Source: Octopus bimaculoides (Eukaryota). Taken from it: a DNA stretch of 37,690 bases. Of this stretch, positions 1 through 12,616 are shown piece by piece. A program made the position numbers and the translations under genes. The notes under the pieces were generated by a model that saw nothing but the letters and a program-made list of their open reading frames with translations, had not been told where the DNA came from and searched no databases. The stretch spans positions 28,141,035 through 28,178,724 of the forward strand of contig NC_068992.1 in assembly GCF_001194135.2 (NCBI RefSeq), read 5' to 3'. Numbering within the stretch: position 1 is the stretch's first letter; each line of letters begins with the position of its first letter.

Positions 1-29
1 AAAGATCCACCTGTTTTTCTCCCAAGTCT
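1..29 (+). CDS. Possible 3' end of a coding exon (frame 1 reads KDPPVFLPS plus 2 nt), followed by a consensus donor GTAAGT at 30-35
   Basis: Non-repetitive sequence, all three frames open, perfect GTAAGT at 30. Only 29 nt are visible, so the protein cannot be identified. Confidence 0.25.
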
Positions 30-179
30 GTAAGTTAACTGGAGAAATTAATTCTTGTCTTTCTTCAAATTATATCTCCTTGTCTTTGTTTCCAACTTTT
101 GCCGCTAGGGATTTTTTCTCCGACACAGAGGAGAAATTTATATAAAGAATTTACTACATACGTCATCAATACGTCCCGA

Positions 180-180
<1 letters not shown>

Positions 181-210
<30 letters not shown>

Positions 211-232
211 CATACATACATACATACATACA

Positions 233-262
<30 letters not shown>
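181..262. repeat. (TACA)n microsatellite
   Basis: About 20 near-perfect TACA units. Confidence 0.97.
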
Positions 263-263
<1 letters not shown>

Positions 264-639
264 CCATACTCAAGCACACACGTACATACACAAACGCCCT
301 CCTACCATGTTTATATGCATATACATCGTATAATGTATATTTGGTTAGAATTGAAACGGGCGGGAAAAAGTCATTGCAAGGTTTTAATTGAGAAAGACAG
401 ATTTTGTGAAGAAGAAGAAGAAAAACGCCGAGGAGGAGAATCAAGAAAAAAAACTACGAAGGCCTGGCATGTAATTTATTTGTCAGTTAATAAATGACTC
501 AACACTAAACAACTGCATTTGGTGTCTTATGTTTATATCTACGTGGAAATATATCGTGTTTCACGTTTCACCTTTGCTACTATATCATGCACCTTTCATC
601 CTTCCATACACCTTCCTTTTCTCTTTCTCTCACTCACTA

Positions 640-1393
640 TATATACATACAAACACTTAAATATGTACATAGGTGCATAATATGCATACATATACACATA
701 TATAACATACATACATACAGTATATACATACATAATAAACATATATATGTACATACATAAATACATACATAACATACATGTATATACACATGCATACATA
801 CATATATACATACAGACATACATTCATACAAGCATTCATACATATATATATGCATACATACATACACATACATAAATACATACATATATACACACATACA
901 TGCGCACATATATGCATACGCAGAGACATACAAATACATACAGACATACATACACACATATACATACATGCATTCACGTCTACATACATATATACATGTA
1001 TATATGCATATCTGCCTACATACATTCTTACACACATTTATGCATACATGCTTTCCTTCACAATCTTGCTATCAAGTAGGTGGCCGGGAAAAATTTACTC
1101 TAAATTAAAAAAGAGAAAGAGAAAATCATACGTACATACACATATATACATACACATACACACACACACACCAATCACATAATACATACATACGTACAAA
1201 CATACACGCATACGTGCACTCATACATACATTCATATATGCATACATACATATATGTATACCTACCTACATACATTCATATATACATACATACATACATA
1301 CATACATACATACATACATACATTCATATATACATACATACATACATACATACATACATACATACATACTTATATGCCTATATACATACATAC
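640..1393. repeat. Degenerate TACA/TA/CA low-complexity tract
   Basis: Interleaved TACA, TA and CA units; this is the source of the Y/M/C/V/H/I-rich ORFs in the track. Confidence 0.9.
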
Positions 1394-1426
1394 AAGATGC
1401 CGATCGTAGGTGTGAATTCGCGTGAA

Positions 1427-1535
1427 TTATCCTTTCGGGGGTCAATGAAATAAGTACCAGTTACGCACTGGTGTCGATGTAATCAACTAGCCCCTCTCCC
1501 CCAAATTTCAGGCTTTGTGCCTGTAGTAGAAAGGA
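1427..1535 (+). mobile_element. SINE family A, 3' half with tail type A1
   Basis: Reads ttatcctttcggggtc...aagtaccagttacgcactgg...gtgcctgtagtagaaaggatt, matching the full copies at 23382 and 28494. Confidence 0.85.
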
Positions 1536-1618
1536 TTCTTCTTCTTCTTCTTCTTCTTCTTCTTCTTCTTCTTCTTCTTCTTCTTCTTCTTCTTCTTCTT
1601 CTTCTTCTTCTTCTTCTT

Positions 1619-1649
<31 letters not shown>

Positions 1650-1693
1650 TTGTTATTATTATTATTATTATTGTTATTATTATTATTATTATT
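1536..1693. repeat. (TTC)~37 then (TTA)n, forming the SINE-A tail
   Basis: Direct reading; begins immediately after the SINE 3' end. Confidence 0.97.
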
Positions 1694-1997
1694 GAATGAG
1701 AGAGCTGGGCTTGCCATCAAAGTGACAGTGGGGTAAAATATACGAAGCCCGGTATATCCATCATGACTACCCGTCTGATAAGGGTACACCAGGCATATAC
1801 ACCACAACCATGTGTGCGCGATATAGTGGTCTCATATCAAGATAAACAGCGCATGACCTCGCAGGTGGGGCCCAGTTAGAATTTTCTTCAGGTCGAGTAG
1901 CCCATCCCGCTCAAAAGGTCCTTGAATAAAGGTTGTTTGAGGATGTCGAACAAAATACCCATGTTTCCAAAGGTGAATTATCCAAACCCCAAAGAAC
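1694..1997 (-). mobile_element. Unclassified element of about 304 bp flanked on both sides by (TTA)n/(TAA)n
   Basis: Complex sequence with sharp boundaries against TTA tracts at 1647-1693 and 1998-2062. Orientation and class are inferred; there is no second copy in the window. Confidence 0.5.

Positions 1998-2062
<65 letters not shown>
1998..2062. repeat. (TTA)~21 microsatellite
   Basis: Direct reading. Confidence 0.97.
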
Positions 2063-2066
<4 letters not shown>

Positions 2067-2283
2067 AGGCAGCGAGCTATCAAAATCGTTAGCACGTCCA
2101 ACGAAATAGCAGCATTTCTTCTCGGCTTTAACATTCTGAGGTTGGCTTTGCCTTTTATCCTTTCGGGATCGATAAAATAAGTGCCAGTGAACACTGGGAT
2201 CGATGGCAACAGCAAACCCCACTCCTTTAAAATTACAGGCTTTGGGGCCCTATAGTAGCAAGGATTATTATTATCATCATCAT
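2067..2283 (+). mobile_element. SINE family A, diverged copy with (TTA/TCA) tail
   Basis: Head ggcagcgagct...aatcgttagcacg, body ttatcctttcgggatcgataaaataagt, tail aggattattatt. Confidence 0.8.
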
Positions 2284-2381
2284 GTTTTGGCTTCGCTTTA
2301 ATTTATGAGTTGCACCTGAATTTCACGCAGAGACATCAAGGAATAACAAGGTTTTGCATCTTTAGATGTAAACAAGTGAAG

Positions 2382-2490
2382 TTCTTCTTCTTCTTCTTCT
2401 TCTTCTTCTTCTTCTTCTTCTTCTTCTTCTTCTTCTTCTTCTTCTTCTTCTTCTTCTTCTTCTTCTTCTTCCTCCTCCTCCCCCTCCTCC
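2382..2490. repeat. (TTC)n followed by (CCT)n
   Basis: Direct reading. Confidence 0.97.
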
Positions 2491-4155
2491 TTGTTTTTTG
2501 TTTTGTTCTTGTTATTTGTGGGTCGATGAAGTGTGAGAGAAATCTCAGTTTAGCAGTACTATTTCGTTATTAAGTCAACTTGCATCTTCGGAGGTTAGTT
2601 GGCTTCGTGAAATCTTCGTTCCTAAGCAACACTCTGCGTCTTCGTATATTTATTTCAACGGTAGAGGTGTGTTAGAGTATATATGCGACTGTGAATGTGT
2701 TGCTGTGTACTCGTTCAGATATCTACGTGTAAACGTGTGTCTGCTGGGACTACGTACTATTGTTGCTAGGGAATTTATTAAAGAGGTGGAGTGTCATTCT
2801 AGCTTAATTACTAACAAATCATGAAATACTACTGGAAGAGATAATAATAAAATGAAAATTAAAAGGAAATATCTGTTTTATTGAGATTTCATATTATCCC
2901 TGTTGGGATGTAATAGTTTTTAATGTGTATCTATTCTTCAAGAGTATGAAGAGATTAGTTAGTGAAAATATACAAGAAAGTACTAGATGTCAGAGACACA
3001 CAGAGCATAAGAGGAAGTAGAAAGACAATGTGGCATAACCCACCATTATGATATATAAAAGTATATATATATATATTCCAAGATGTAGTCAATCTGTACC
3101 TAGGTAACAGAAATTTCGAAAAAGGATACATCTTTGCAGGGAGAAGTTCATAAGCTACATGTCTTTTTTCTGATACTTTCTAAAAATTCTAGAAAAAAAA
3201 AACTACTCGCCTTTTATAAAAGTAAGTAGATTCATAGGCAAAATCTTCATCTTCTATGAAACCTTTTTCTTCTGGAACATAAATACAGTAAAATTTAACT
3301 CGTTTAAAATAAGCTATTCAACGCTAACGAATTTTATATCATCTCTAAATCCCAACATAGAATTTAGATGTGAAAACAAATATATCCAGTGAATTCCTTA
3401 CTTTACTCTCTTTTCATTTACCGACATATCACTCAAATATTTTAGCAGAAGATTGAATTCAGCGATTGTTGCTATTAGAATTGATTACAGCAATTGTCGT
3501 TTTAGTGATAATAAACTTGCAAAAGAATTGTTATATTGGCAAATGTACAGCGGGACCAAGTACTGCGAGTGAATATTACACCTGATTAACGGAAAAATTT
3601 CAAGATGCGATTTTACTAGCACATGCATTTTTGAAAACCGAAAAAGAAAAATTCTAGATAAATTTATGGAAGTTTGTTTGGTTTTTAAAGAAATCCAGCT
3701 TAGCTGTGCTCGAAATATGCTGGAGTATCTTAGATCATGCGTGACCGTATTAGCAGGGATATTTTCGTTTGGTTTTGAGTTGTAATCTGTATTTGAGTGA
3801 AAATAATTTCTGTTTCAAAACTCTCGTGCGTGAAATAAAAGATTTGAGCATCTAAATTGCATCAGGCACCCTTCAAAATATATGTTGCGTAATATTTTTT
3901 TACCGCTTAAAGGCTAATTTATCTGAGTTGTTACTGTAATAATAGAACCTTAAGTAACCATTTTTGACATGACTGCATATGATTATTCTCGTCTAACTAT
4001 ACTGAAAATTAAAACAAATATCTTTACGCTTTCGAATTACAAGTCTTATTCATCTGGTTGGTCATAAACCAGTTTCTCAAGTTTTGCATTTTATATTTTT
4101 ATTTCTATTGGCAACATTTTCCTGAATATAACTTCTTTTCTCCTTCCTTTCCATC

Positions 4156-4341
4156 TTTTATCTTTCATTTGTTTCAGTCACTGGACTACGGTCACGCTAG
4201 GGCACCGCCTTGAAGGGTTTCGTCGAACGAATCAATTTCAGGACGTATTGATTTATTTTGCCGAACCGCTAATGTTACGGGGACGTAAAGAAACCAACAC
4301 CGACAGTCAAGCAGTGGCGGGGACAAACATAAACACAATTG

Positions 4342-4416
<75 letters not shown>

Positions 4417-4587
4417 CCACGTTGAGAATCCACTCAGTCACTGTCTATCAAAATAACTTACAAAGCTTTGATCGGCCTGATGCTATAGTAGAAGACACTT
4501 TGCCTAAGGTGCCATGCAATGGGACTGAACCTAAGGCCATGTAGTTGTAGTGCGAATTTCTTTACCACATAGCCATATCGGCACCTA
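4156..4587 (-). mobile_element. SINE family B (tRNA-like head, CORE-like segment) with internal (CA)n at 4346-4412
   Basis: Reverse complement matches the copy at 4863-5414 (ggcaccttrggcaa, cagtccc, gcggttcggcaaaa, gactgaaacaa). Confidence 0.88.
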
Positions 4588-4862
4588 CTTCTGCTATTGT
4601 CCTTTAAATTATAGTTATATAATGAACATTACGTATTTTCTTATTTTTGTGTTTTTCATCACATTGTTCCTGATTTTCATATATGTTCATATATGTTCAT
4701 ATATCGGAATATTTCTGTCTTTCCACATCATATATTATAATTTTTTGTAACATTATAACCTCTGATTTAACAACCGAAATTCTTATTGGTTCAATAACTA
4801 TCTTAACACAGTTCCTATTTCATACCTTACTATAGTTATGACATGGCGGAAAATGATCATGT

Positions 4863-5014
4863 AGGCGCAGGCGTGGCTGTGTGGTAAGAAACTTGGTTTC
4901 TAACACCATGGTTCCGGGTTCAGTCCCACTGCAGGGCACCTTGGGCAAGTGTCTTCAGGTCAACCAAAGCCTTGTGAGTGGATTTGGTAAACGGAAACTG
5001 AAAGAAGTCCGTCG

Positions 5015-5076
<62 letters not shown>

Positions 5077-5077
5077 C

Positions 5078-5127
<50 letters not shown>

Positions 5128-5414
5128 GTCTGTCTGTCTGTCTGTCTGTCTGTATGTATGTATGTATGTATTTACGTGTGTGTGTCCGCGTTTCTTCCCC
5201 GACCATCGATGGAGTGTTTATGCTGTAAGTTAACTGGAGAAATTAGTGTTTATGTCCCCGTACCTTAGCGGTTCGGCAAAAGAGAACGGTAGAATAAGTA
5301 CTAGGCTTACAAAGAATAAGTCCTGGAGTCGATTTCTTCAACTAAAACCCTTTATGGCAGTGTTCCAGCATGGCCGCAGTCGAATGACTGGAACAAGTAA
5401 ATAAATAAAAAAGA
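4863..5414 (+). mobile_element. SINE family B, full length, with internal (TCTA)(TCTG)(TATG) tract at 5015-5170
   Basis: A-box-like tggctgtgtggt and B-box-like gggttcagtccc. The segment ggcaccttgggcaagtgtctt resembles the MIR/CORE motif gaccttgggcaagtcactt. A-rich tail. Four copies in the window. Possibly one of the described octopus OK/OR SINE families (not verified). Confidence 0.9.
5214..5254 (+). other. 23-bp insertion (5223-5245) identical to 28-50, flanked by a 9-bp direct repeat GTGTTTATG (5214-5222 and 5246-5254)
   Basis: ctgtaagttaactggagaaatta matches 23/23 at both sites and is absent from the other SINE-B copies. Confidence 0.92.
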
Positions 5415-7279
5415 ATATTAAATTAAGGAATTCTCTAGCTATGTCAGTTATTAATGCCAGATTACATACTCCACTATGAAATGCTCTTTTTCCCCTTGCT
5501 AATCTGATGTCGTGTAGTCTTAGTGCTACTCTTTTTTACGTATTTAATCTTTTCGAAGAACCCGTTGTTTCTGAGCAAATCATTATAATACTTAGGTGCC
5601 TCCAAAATGTATTGATAAAGTAGATACTTCAAACCAAAACCAGCCGCTTACAGACCAGTAGAAAAGTGAAACTTAGAGTACTGGTAATTACGAGTTATGA
5701 TGTGTGTACACACACACATATACAGCGAGTGGATGAAAGCAAAATAGGGTTGTATAGATAAGACAGAGTAATACTTGAATGAATACTCCAGCCTCTTTAT
5801 CCAGGACCGGCGTCTCTGTATCGAAACTCAGCTATAAAAACAATCCTTATCTTATTGTAAAGGAGGAAGAAAGGCAGGCTTAAGACCTTTATTTGCATAG
5901 AGCACAAATTACAGATTACCGAATAAAGAAAAAAAGAAAAGAAAAGAAAACAATACAGAAGAATTATGTAAAGTCTTATCTCTACAGCTGTTTTAAGTCA
6001 ATCATTATTTACGTAATAACCACATTCTTAAGTAATAAGAGCATGATGTAATATGTGTGCATCCAGCGACAATTCCAGATGAAATCGTTAATGTGTTAAG
6101 CGTCCCTTCTCAAGAACAAAGTAGCAAATGCATTTGCCACATTGCTTAAACTTTGAAAATTTCATAGAGACTTGTCGCTGGAGACACACCTATAAAATTA
6201 TGTACACATTACGTAAGTTATGGCTATCTTGAAACAGCTGTCGAGACAAGACTTTATATAATTTTTCTGTTCTACTTTTTTCTTTTTGTGCTGTATGTCA
6301 AGAAACACATAAAGCCAATTTGTGTTTATCTACCTTTCTATCTTCTTTATACGTATGCATATTCATGTAATCTTTGAACTTCTCATAATCTTTGTATATT
6401 TATATGTTCGCCCACTTCCCATATATACACTCGCATATACATCTTGTATAAATTCGGAACTCGACAAAACTATGTCATTATCTTACATCCATATATTTTC
6501 TGATAAACACCAGTGATTCTCTCCAATACAGACATACATATTCATACATTATAAGACACATACATACGCACATACACGTACACACATATAGGTATCTATT
6601 TATGCTTGTACGTAAACTGCATTATATAAACATATATGTATCTAATGATATATGTTTTGTATGTGTAGACAGGCTATATATTTTCAATTATATACCTATC
6701 ATTTCTCGTTTTTTTTCTCTCGGTGTTTCTCGGAGAAAGTTGGCTCATACAAAATGACGAACGACCGAGAATTTATATTTTTATCTGTTAGAGGAGATAT
6801 AATTACTGCCGTCTTACACACCTCGTTTAGAGATAAAAATATAAATAGCAAATGTGTCTTTTCACTGCAGTACTATTTAGTTTAATCTGTCAGCAAAACT
6901 AATGAAATACTCAGCAGCATCAAGACAAATGAGAATGTATTATACTTTTAGGTTCGTTTGTTAGCTTTGTTGTGCACGCAGATGTTTGATTGCTTACAAT
7001 CTTTTCGAGTCTAAGGAACGGAAGTCATATACATAATACATCCAAACGTACGTAATACACACGTACATACATACATGCATGCATAGTACATACATACATA
7101 ATTACATATACACACACATACATTCATACGTACATACAAAAATACATGCATACAAACATGTATACATACATTATATATTTAATATATATATATACGTATG
7201 TATATGTATATGCGTATATACACACATATTTACGTATATATATATATATACGTATATATATATATATATATATATATAT

Positions 7280-7800
7280 NNNNNNNNNNNNNNNNNNNNN
7301 NNNNNNNNNNNNNNNNNNNNNNNNNNNNNNNNNNNNNNNNNNNNNNNNNNNNNNNNNNNNNNNNNNNNNNNNNNNNNNNNNNNNNNNNNNNNNNNNNNNN
7401 NNNNNNNNNNNNNNNNNNNNNNNNNNNNNNNNNNNNNNNNNNNNNNNNNNNNNNNNNNNNNNNNNNNNNNNNNNNNNNNNNNNNNNNNNNNNNNNNNNNN
7501 NNNNNNNNNNNNNNNNNNNNNNNNNNNNNNNNNNNNNNNNNNNNNNNNNNNNNNNNNNNNNNNNNNNNNNNNNNNNNNNNNNNNNNNNNNNNNNNNNNNN
7601 NNNNNNNNNNNNNNNNNNNNNNNNNNNNNNNNNNNNNNNNNNNNNNNNNNNNNNNNNNNNNNNNNNNNNNNNNNNNNNNNNNNNNNNNNNNNNNNNNNNN
7701 NNNNNNNNNNNNNNNNNNNNNNNNNNNNNNNNNNNNNNNNNNNNNNNNNNNNNNNNNNNNNNNNNNNNNNNNNNNNNNNNNNNNNNNNNNNNNNNNNNNN
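7280..7800. other. Assembly gap (N)
   Basis: N run preceded by (TA)n. Confidence 1.
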
Positions 7801-7854
7801 CCCACTTTTGTTTTTTTTCTGCTTTGTTTTCGACCCCCTCGAAAAGAAAAACTC

Positions 7855-7908
7855 TACATTTGTATTTTGTCCCCTCTGTGTTGAGCCCTGTGTGGCTAAT
7901 AAAGAAAC
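7855..7908 (+). mobile_element. SINE-A 3' tail type A3 fragment, followed by (TCTA)n to about 7964
   Basis: tgtcccctctgtgttgagccctgtgtggctaataaagaaa matches the reverse complement of about 16875-16920. Confidence 0.65.
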
Positions 7909-7964
<56 letters not shown>

Positions 7965-8999
7965 GCGTAAATATATAGATCTTCATAATATTGTTTCGTT
8001 ATGTTAAATATTTCAATTGTATCTTGGATTTCTTTCCGTTGTTTAAAACTGTAATAAGCAGAATATGATTATAAAATACGTATAGCTTCAGATTTCATTC
8101 GGGAGAATTATAGTCAATATCAGGAGTAAGCAGTTTTTGCTTTATACTGTCATCGAGGGAATGGGTAAACATATTATGCCGAGCATTACGGCGGTAGCTT
8201 GTGATGGTACGAAGTCAAATACGGATTACAAATACAATAACAATGCTACGATATTTGTTTTTGTGGTGGTAGTGATGAAAATTAATATAATCAATTAAAA
8301 CAATAACAGTATTTGATTGATTCTAATTTAGTCGACATCCGGAAGGCCAACATTCGAGCTTCAACGTAGAAAGTAATATCAATAAAAATATGAACTTAGA
8401 AAGTAGATATATAATCTAATAACACAAGATGTTTTCCCTGTTGCTGTACCCTTTCTACACTTCATCACTATTACATATACAGTCATTAGATGAAGCCCCA
8501 TTGGAAACCATTCATATATCGCTCTATAACAGTATTGGATGGAAACCATATTAATAATAATATTTGGCCAGTATTCTAATTTATCGAACCTGCTCCAGAA
8601 GAATAAAAGGCAAAGTTCTACTTAAATATCACGATATGCTCTGTCTGTCGCTCTACCTCTTCCGCTATTTAACTTCTGCAACCAAACCACCCTCATCACC
8701 CTTCGATTTATCAGATTATCAGCAGAAATTTGAAGGAATGAGTTGAAGTCAAGTAAATGTGTTCCAGTATTTCACCATTTAGTGTGAGGACATAGTCGTC
8801 AAAGCCTATTGATAGGTTGCTCAAGATTTGGGGTTTAATGATCTGCACTCTACATGAAGTGTGATTCGTTTTCACTTGAGCAGGCTGAAACAACGGGAAA
8901 GAAATGATATGACTTCCCTGTTAGGGAATCGAACCTAGAACTTTAAGTACAACAGTCTAACTACTAGGCCAGAACGTCTTTACCCCAGAACCCACTTGC

Positions 9000-9112
9000 C
9001 TGGAGCAAGAGTAGACAGAATCGATCTTCATTGGGATTTGAATTTAGCAGAACTGAACTAAATACTGCATGCTCCAAGCTATTCAGTTTGGTGCTTTACA
9101 GTTTCTGTCACC
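9000..9112 (-). mobile_element. SINE family A, highly diverged
   Basis: aatcgatcttcattgggatttgaatttag...aaatactgc...tttctgtcacc resembles the minus-strand A head. Confidence 0.5.
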
Positions 9113-9149
9113 AAATATTTTTTATTCATGAAATAATAAACTAATAAAA

Positions 9150-9290
9150 GATGGTGAGTTGGCGGCAGACTCGGTATTGTTCTGCTCGGTAGAGCATTGT
9201 ATAAAATGCTCTGCCATATACGCTCTGGTTCTCTTAGATCTGAGTTCAAATCTCGTCGAGGTCGTCCATGCTTTTCGAGTTTCCAGGGTT
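9150..9290 (+). mobile_element. SINE family A, highly diverged
   Basis: ggtgagttggc...ctgagttcaaatctcgtcgaggtcg (B-box region). Confidence 0.6.
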
Positions 9291-9309
9291 ATTCATTTAC
9301 AGCGGAGTT

Positions 9310-9430
9310 AGACTGGGGTAACGTGAAATGAAGTGTTTTGTGCAAGAACACAACGCACCGCCCAGTCAAGGAATCAAAACCTCACTTTTGTGAAAGTAAG
9401 TGCAGCACCCTAACTACTGGACCACGTGTT
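9310..9430 (-). mobile_element. SINE family C-related head (C')
   Basis: aacgtgaaatgaagtgttttgtgcaagaacacaacgcacc...ggaatcaaaacc...ctaactactggaccac; same head as at 18410-18524, 26040-26148 and 32725-32840. Confidence 0.75.
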
Positions 9431-9474
9431 TTTACAGACAACTTCGTATATAGTTCAGCTTCATTATCAATGGT

Positions 9475-9857
9475 GGAGGCGCAATGGCCCAGTGGTTAGG
9501 GCAGCGGACTCGCGGTCATAGGATCGCGGTTTCGATTCCCAGACCGGGCGTTGTGAGTGTTTATTGAGTGAAAACACTTAAAAAACTCCACGAGGCTCCA
9601 GCAGGAGATGGTGGCGAACCCTGTTGTACTCTTTCACCACAACTTTCTCTCACTCTTACTTCCTGTTTCTGTTGTGCCTGTAATCCAAAGGGTCAGCCTT
9701 GTCACACTGTGTCATACTGAATATCCCCGAGAAATACGTTAAGGGTACACGTGTCTGTGGAGTGCTCAGCCACTTGCACGTTAATTTCACGAGCAGGCTG
9801 TTCCGTTGATCGGATCAACTGGAACCCTCGACGTCGTAAGCGACGGAGTGCAACAAC
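9475..9857 (+). mobile_element. SINE family C, full length
   Basis: tRNA-like head (A box tggcccagtggtt, B box gtttcgattccc); roughly 90% similar by eye to 26274-26624; ends gacggagtgcaacaac. Confidence 0.92.
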
Positions 9858-10142
9858 GTTATCAATGTGAAATAGAATTCATAGTTATTTGCTAAAGTAA
9901 TGATTATAAATACACGAAGTTAATATACAAAAATGTAGACATTTAGGTGTAGAAAAGTAGAAATTTTCAACGAATAAATTTATCTTAGACACCACCTGCT
10001 TGAGGGAAAAGCAAAAGACTAAGAAAAAAAGACAACAAATTATAAACCAATAGTGATTTAGTGGGAACATTTCTAAAGCAGGAATTGTCCAAAAGAAGTG
10101 GAAGAATTTATACAGTGAGGCGGAAAATATTGATAGTCATAA

Positions 10143-10817
10143 ATAATATTGGCTTAAAATTTTGGCCAGCAATTTCAGAGGAGGGGATAAATCGATTATG
10201 TTAACCCTAGTATTCGACTGGTACTTATTTTATCGACTCCGAAAGGATGAAAGATAAAGTCGACCTCGGCGGAATTTGAACTCAGAACGTAAAGACGGGA
10301 CAAAAAAACCGCTAAGGATTTTTCCCGGCGTTGCTAACGATTCAGTCAGCTCACCGCTTTTGTTAGTTATGAATAATATTGGTTTCATCTTTTGGCACAA
10401 GGCCAGTAATTTCGGGAGAGGAGGTAAGTCGATTATATCGCCCCCAGTACTCAACTGGAACTTATTTTATCGACCTTGAAAGGATGAAAGGTAAAATCGA
10501 TCTCGGTGGAATTTGAACCCTGGACCTAAAGACGGACAAAATGCCGCTAAACATTTTACCCTTTGCCCGGCGTGCTAACGATTCAGCCAGCTCGCCACCT
10601 TTATCTCAAATTTTGGCACAAGGCCAGCAATTCCAGGAGAGAGGTTTAGTCGATTACATCAATTCCAGTGCTCAACTGGTACTTATTTTATCGACCCCGA
10701 AAGGATTAAAAGGCGACGTGAGTTTCAGCGGAATTTGAACTCAAAACGTAAAGACGGACGAAATACAGCTAAACGATTTTTGCTCTGTGATTTAACGATT
10801 CTGCTAATTTCCTGCTT
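10143..10817 (-). mobile_element. Three head-to-tail SINE-A copies with tail type A2 (about 10143-10357, 10372-10600, 10603-10817)
   Basis: The block ctggtacttattttatcgac...ggcggaatttgaactcagaacgtaaagacgg recurs about every 230 nt, with divergence between copies. Confidence 0.9.
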
Positions 10818-11336
10818 TCTCAGTCATGAATAACATTGTGTAACACAGCCGCATTTTGGCAAACGTAGCCACAGTAGTGGCATGTCGATACTAACGACGT
10901 GGTATATATAAGGAAGCTAATAGGCCAACAGCATTTCTCACTTAGCTATTATTAAGTTCTACTGTTCTGATATGTCGCTAGAAATTATATTTGATGCATT
11001 AAACACTTGGAGAAGTTGTATAGTTTGTATGATTGATAGGAGACATTATTATTGACACGGCATTATCTCTGCTGTTATCGTGTAACTTTGGTCTCACTAC
11101 AACCTATGATGTGATGCAGGGCGATGAATAATTACCAAGAAGATAACTTAGGCTGCGCAATCCCACTCCACGGCAAAATGTCGATCTGCCAGTGTAAATT
11201 TGAAATTCTGTCATCACATTTTATTTGTGTTTATTCCCACATTTTCCCTTTTCTCCTTTCTCTGCAACATTTCTATATTTTTTTTTTATATTTTCATCTT
11301 ATCATTATTTTTTCATTACGCATACTTTCATACTTT

Positions 11337-11787
11337 CACACACACACACACACACGCACACACACACACATCCTCTCTCTTTCTCTCTCTCCCTCCCTTT
11401 CTCTCTTTCTCTCACACTCATTTTATTCTACCCAAAGCTCTTTCATACACTCTTCCTCCCAGTTTCTGTATGAATGCATCACTCGTGTGGGATTATCTGT
11501 GAATGCATGTGTATATTTTGTGTGCGTGCCCATATGAGTGTGCGTGTCCGCATGAGCGTGGAGTATGTGTGTGCGCGTGGTAGTATGTGTATGTGCGCGC
11601 ACACACACACACACACACACGTATACACAGGTACTAGAAACGCTAACACTTGAAGCACACTGGAACAGTCTGCATAAGATCACAAACACACAAGAAACAA
11701 ACGTATTTATTTGTGCTGTAATTTTATCAATTCTATTTCACTGTCTGTCTGTCCATCCATCCATCCATCCATCCATCTGCGTGCCTC

Positions 11788-11856
<69 letters not shown>

Positions 11857-11947
11857 GTTATCTGTCTGTCTGTCTCTGTTATCTGTCTGTCTGTTTGCCT
11901 GCCTGTGTGTGTGTGTCTATGTGTGTGTGTGTCTATGTGTGTGTGTG

Positions 11948-12008
<61 letters not shown>

Positions 12009-12010
12009 AG
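11337..12010. repeat. Compound microsatellites (CA, CT, TG, CCAT, TCTG, TCTA)
   Basis: Direct reading. Confidence 0.9.
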
Positions 12011-12616
12011 ATGATGAAGGTTTTTCGATGTTAAAAAGTCTCTCGAGTCTTTACAGGACCACGTGATAGTGTTAAAACTAACGACAAATGAATTCTACCA
12101 CTCCAAACTAGGAACGATCTCTCCAAAGGGCTTCCACATAGTTTCCGTGTACCATATTTCACTCTGAAGACTTTGACTACCCAAGTGTGTTATGAAAGAG
12201 GTGCCGCACTGTTGGAACACATAAAAAACTACGTATTTTTGAAGCAGAATTCTTAATTGTAGACGTGTGCGTGATTATAAAGACTCTTTTACATGCTTTA
12301 GTGAGTATCTTGTTGAGGTTTGATGGAGACAATATGTTTCCACTGAGTTATTCCTTCAATTTAAGGTCTCTTAAAGAAGAAACAAGTTAGATCTGATGTG
12401 AGGTGTCTAGGTTGTGTGTGGATAAAACCTATTTTGGAAAGGTAGGGAAGATAATGGATTTAACCCCTAAACAGGCTTTTGTGTGGTTTGAAGCAACAAC
12501 GAGAATATCGTTAATTCGCAGGTGGAAGAGTTTTGCAGTGGTAACCGAAACTCTGAGTTACATCCGAATCAATTCGATGCGGGCAGACGACAAACTTGTT
12601 AATTATGTTCCTGTTA

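Noticed and set aside
1-29. Cadherin-like reading of DPPVF (and of SLEVILCTC at 34056-34082)
   Set aside because: The matches are too short, and no cadherin DxD/LDRE/DxNDN motifs were found in the window.
65-1453. ORFs rich in Y/V/C/M/H/I/T (also 11423-12014, 17399-17780, 21985-22493, 23586-24040, 37009-37307)
   Set aside because: They are translations of TACA/CA/TCTA/TTTC microsatellites that lack stops by composition.
1508-2573. Poly-L, poly-K/N, poly-I and poly-F ORFs
   Set aside because: Trinucleotide tracts (TTC, TTA), not homopolymer proteins.
4021-4070. Minus-strand cagatga...gaaa resembling a hammerhead core (similar weak case near 25940-25975)
   Set aside because: The CUGAUGA core is mismatched and I cannot form stem II or the flanking stems.
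4674-4705. Three copies of TTCATATATG (also a 9-nt duplication near 35046-35065)
   Set aside because: Ordinary local slippage.
9475-9550. tRNA-like sequence with A and B boxes
   Set aside because: No proper acceptor stem, and it continues into a 300-nt body shared with 26274; it is a SINE head.
10143-10817. Periodicity of about 230 nt suggestive of an array or CRISPR
   Set aside because: The units are whole diverged SINE copies with no repeat-spacer structure, in a eukaryotic context with no cas genes.
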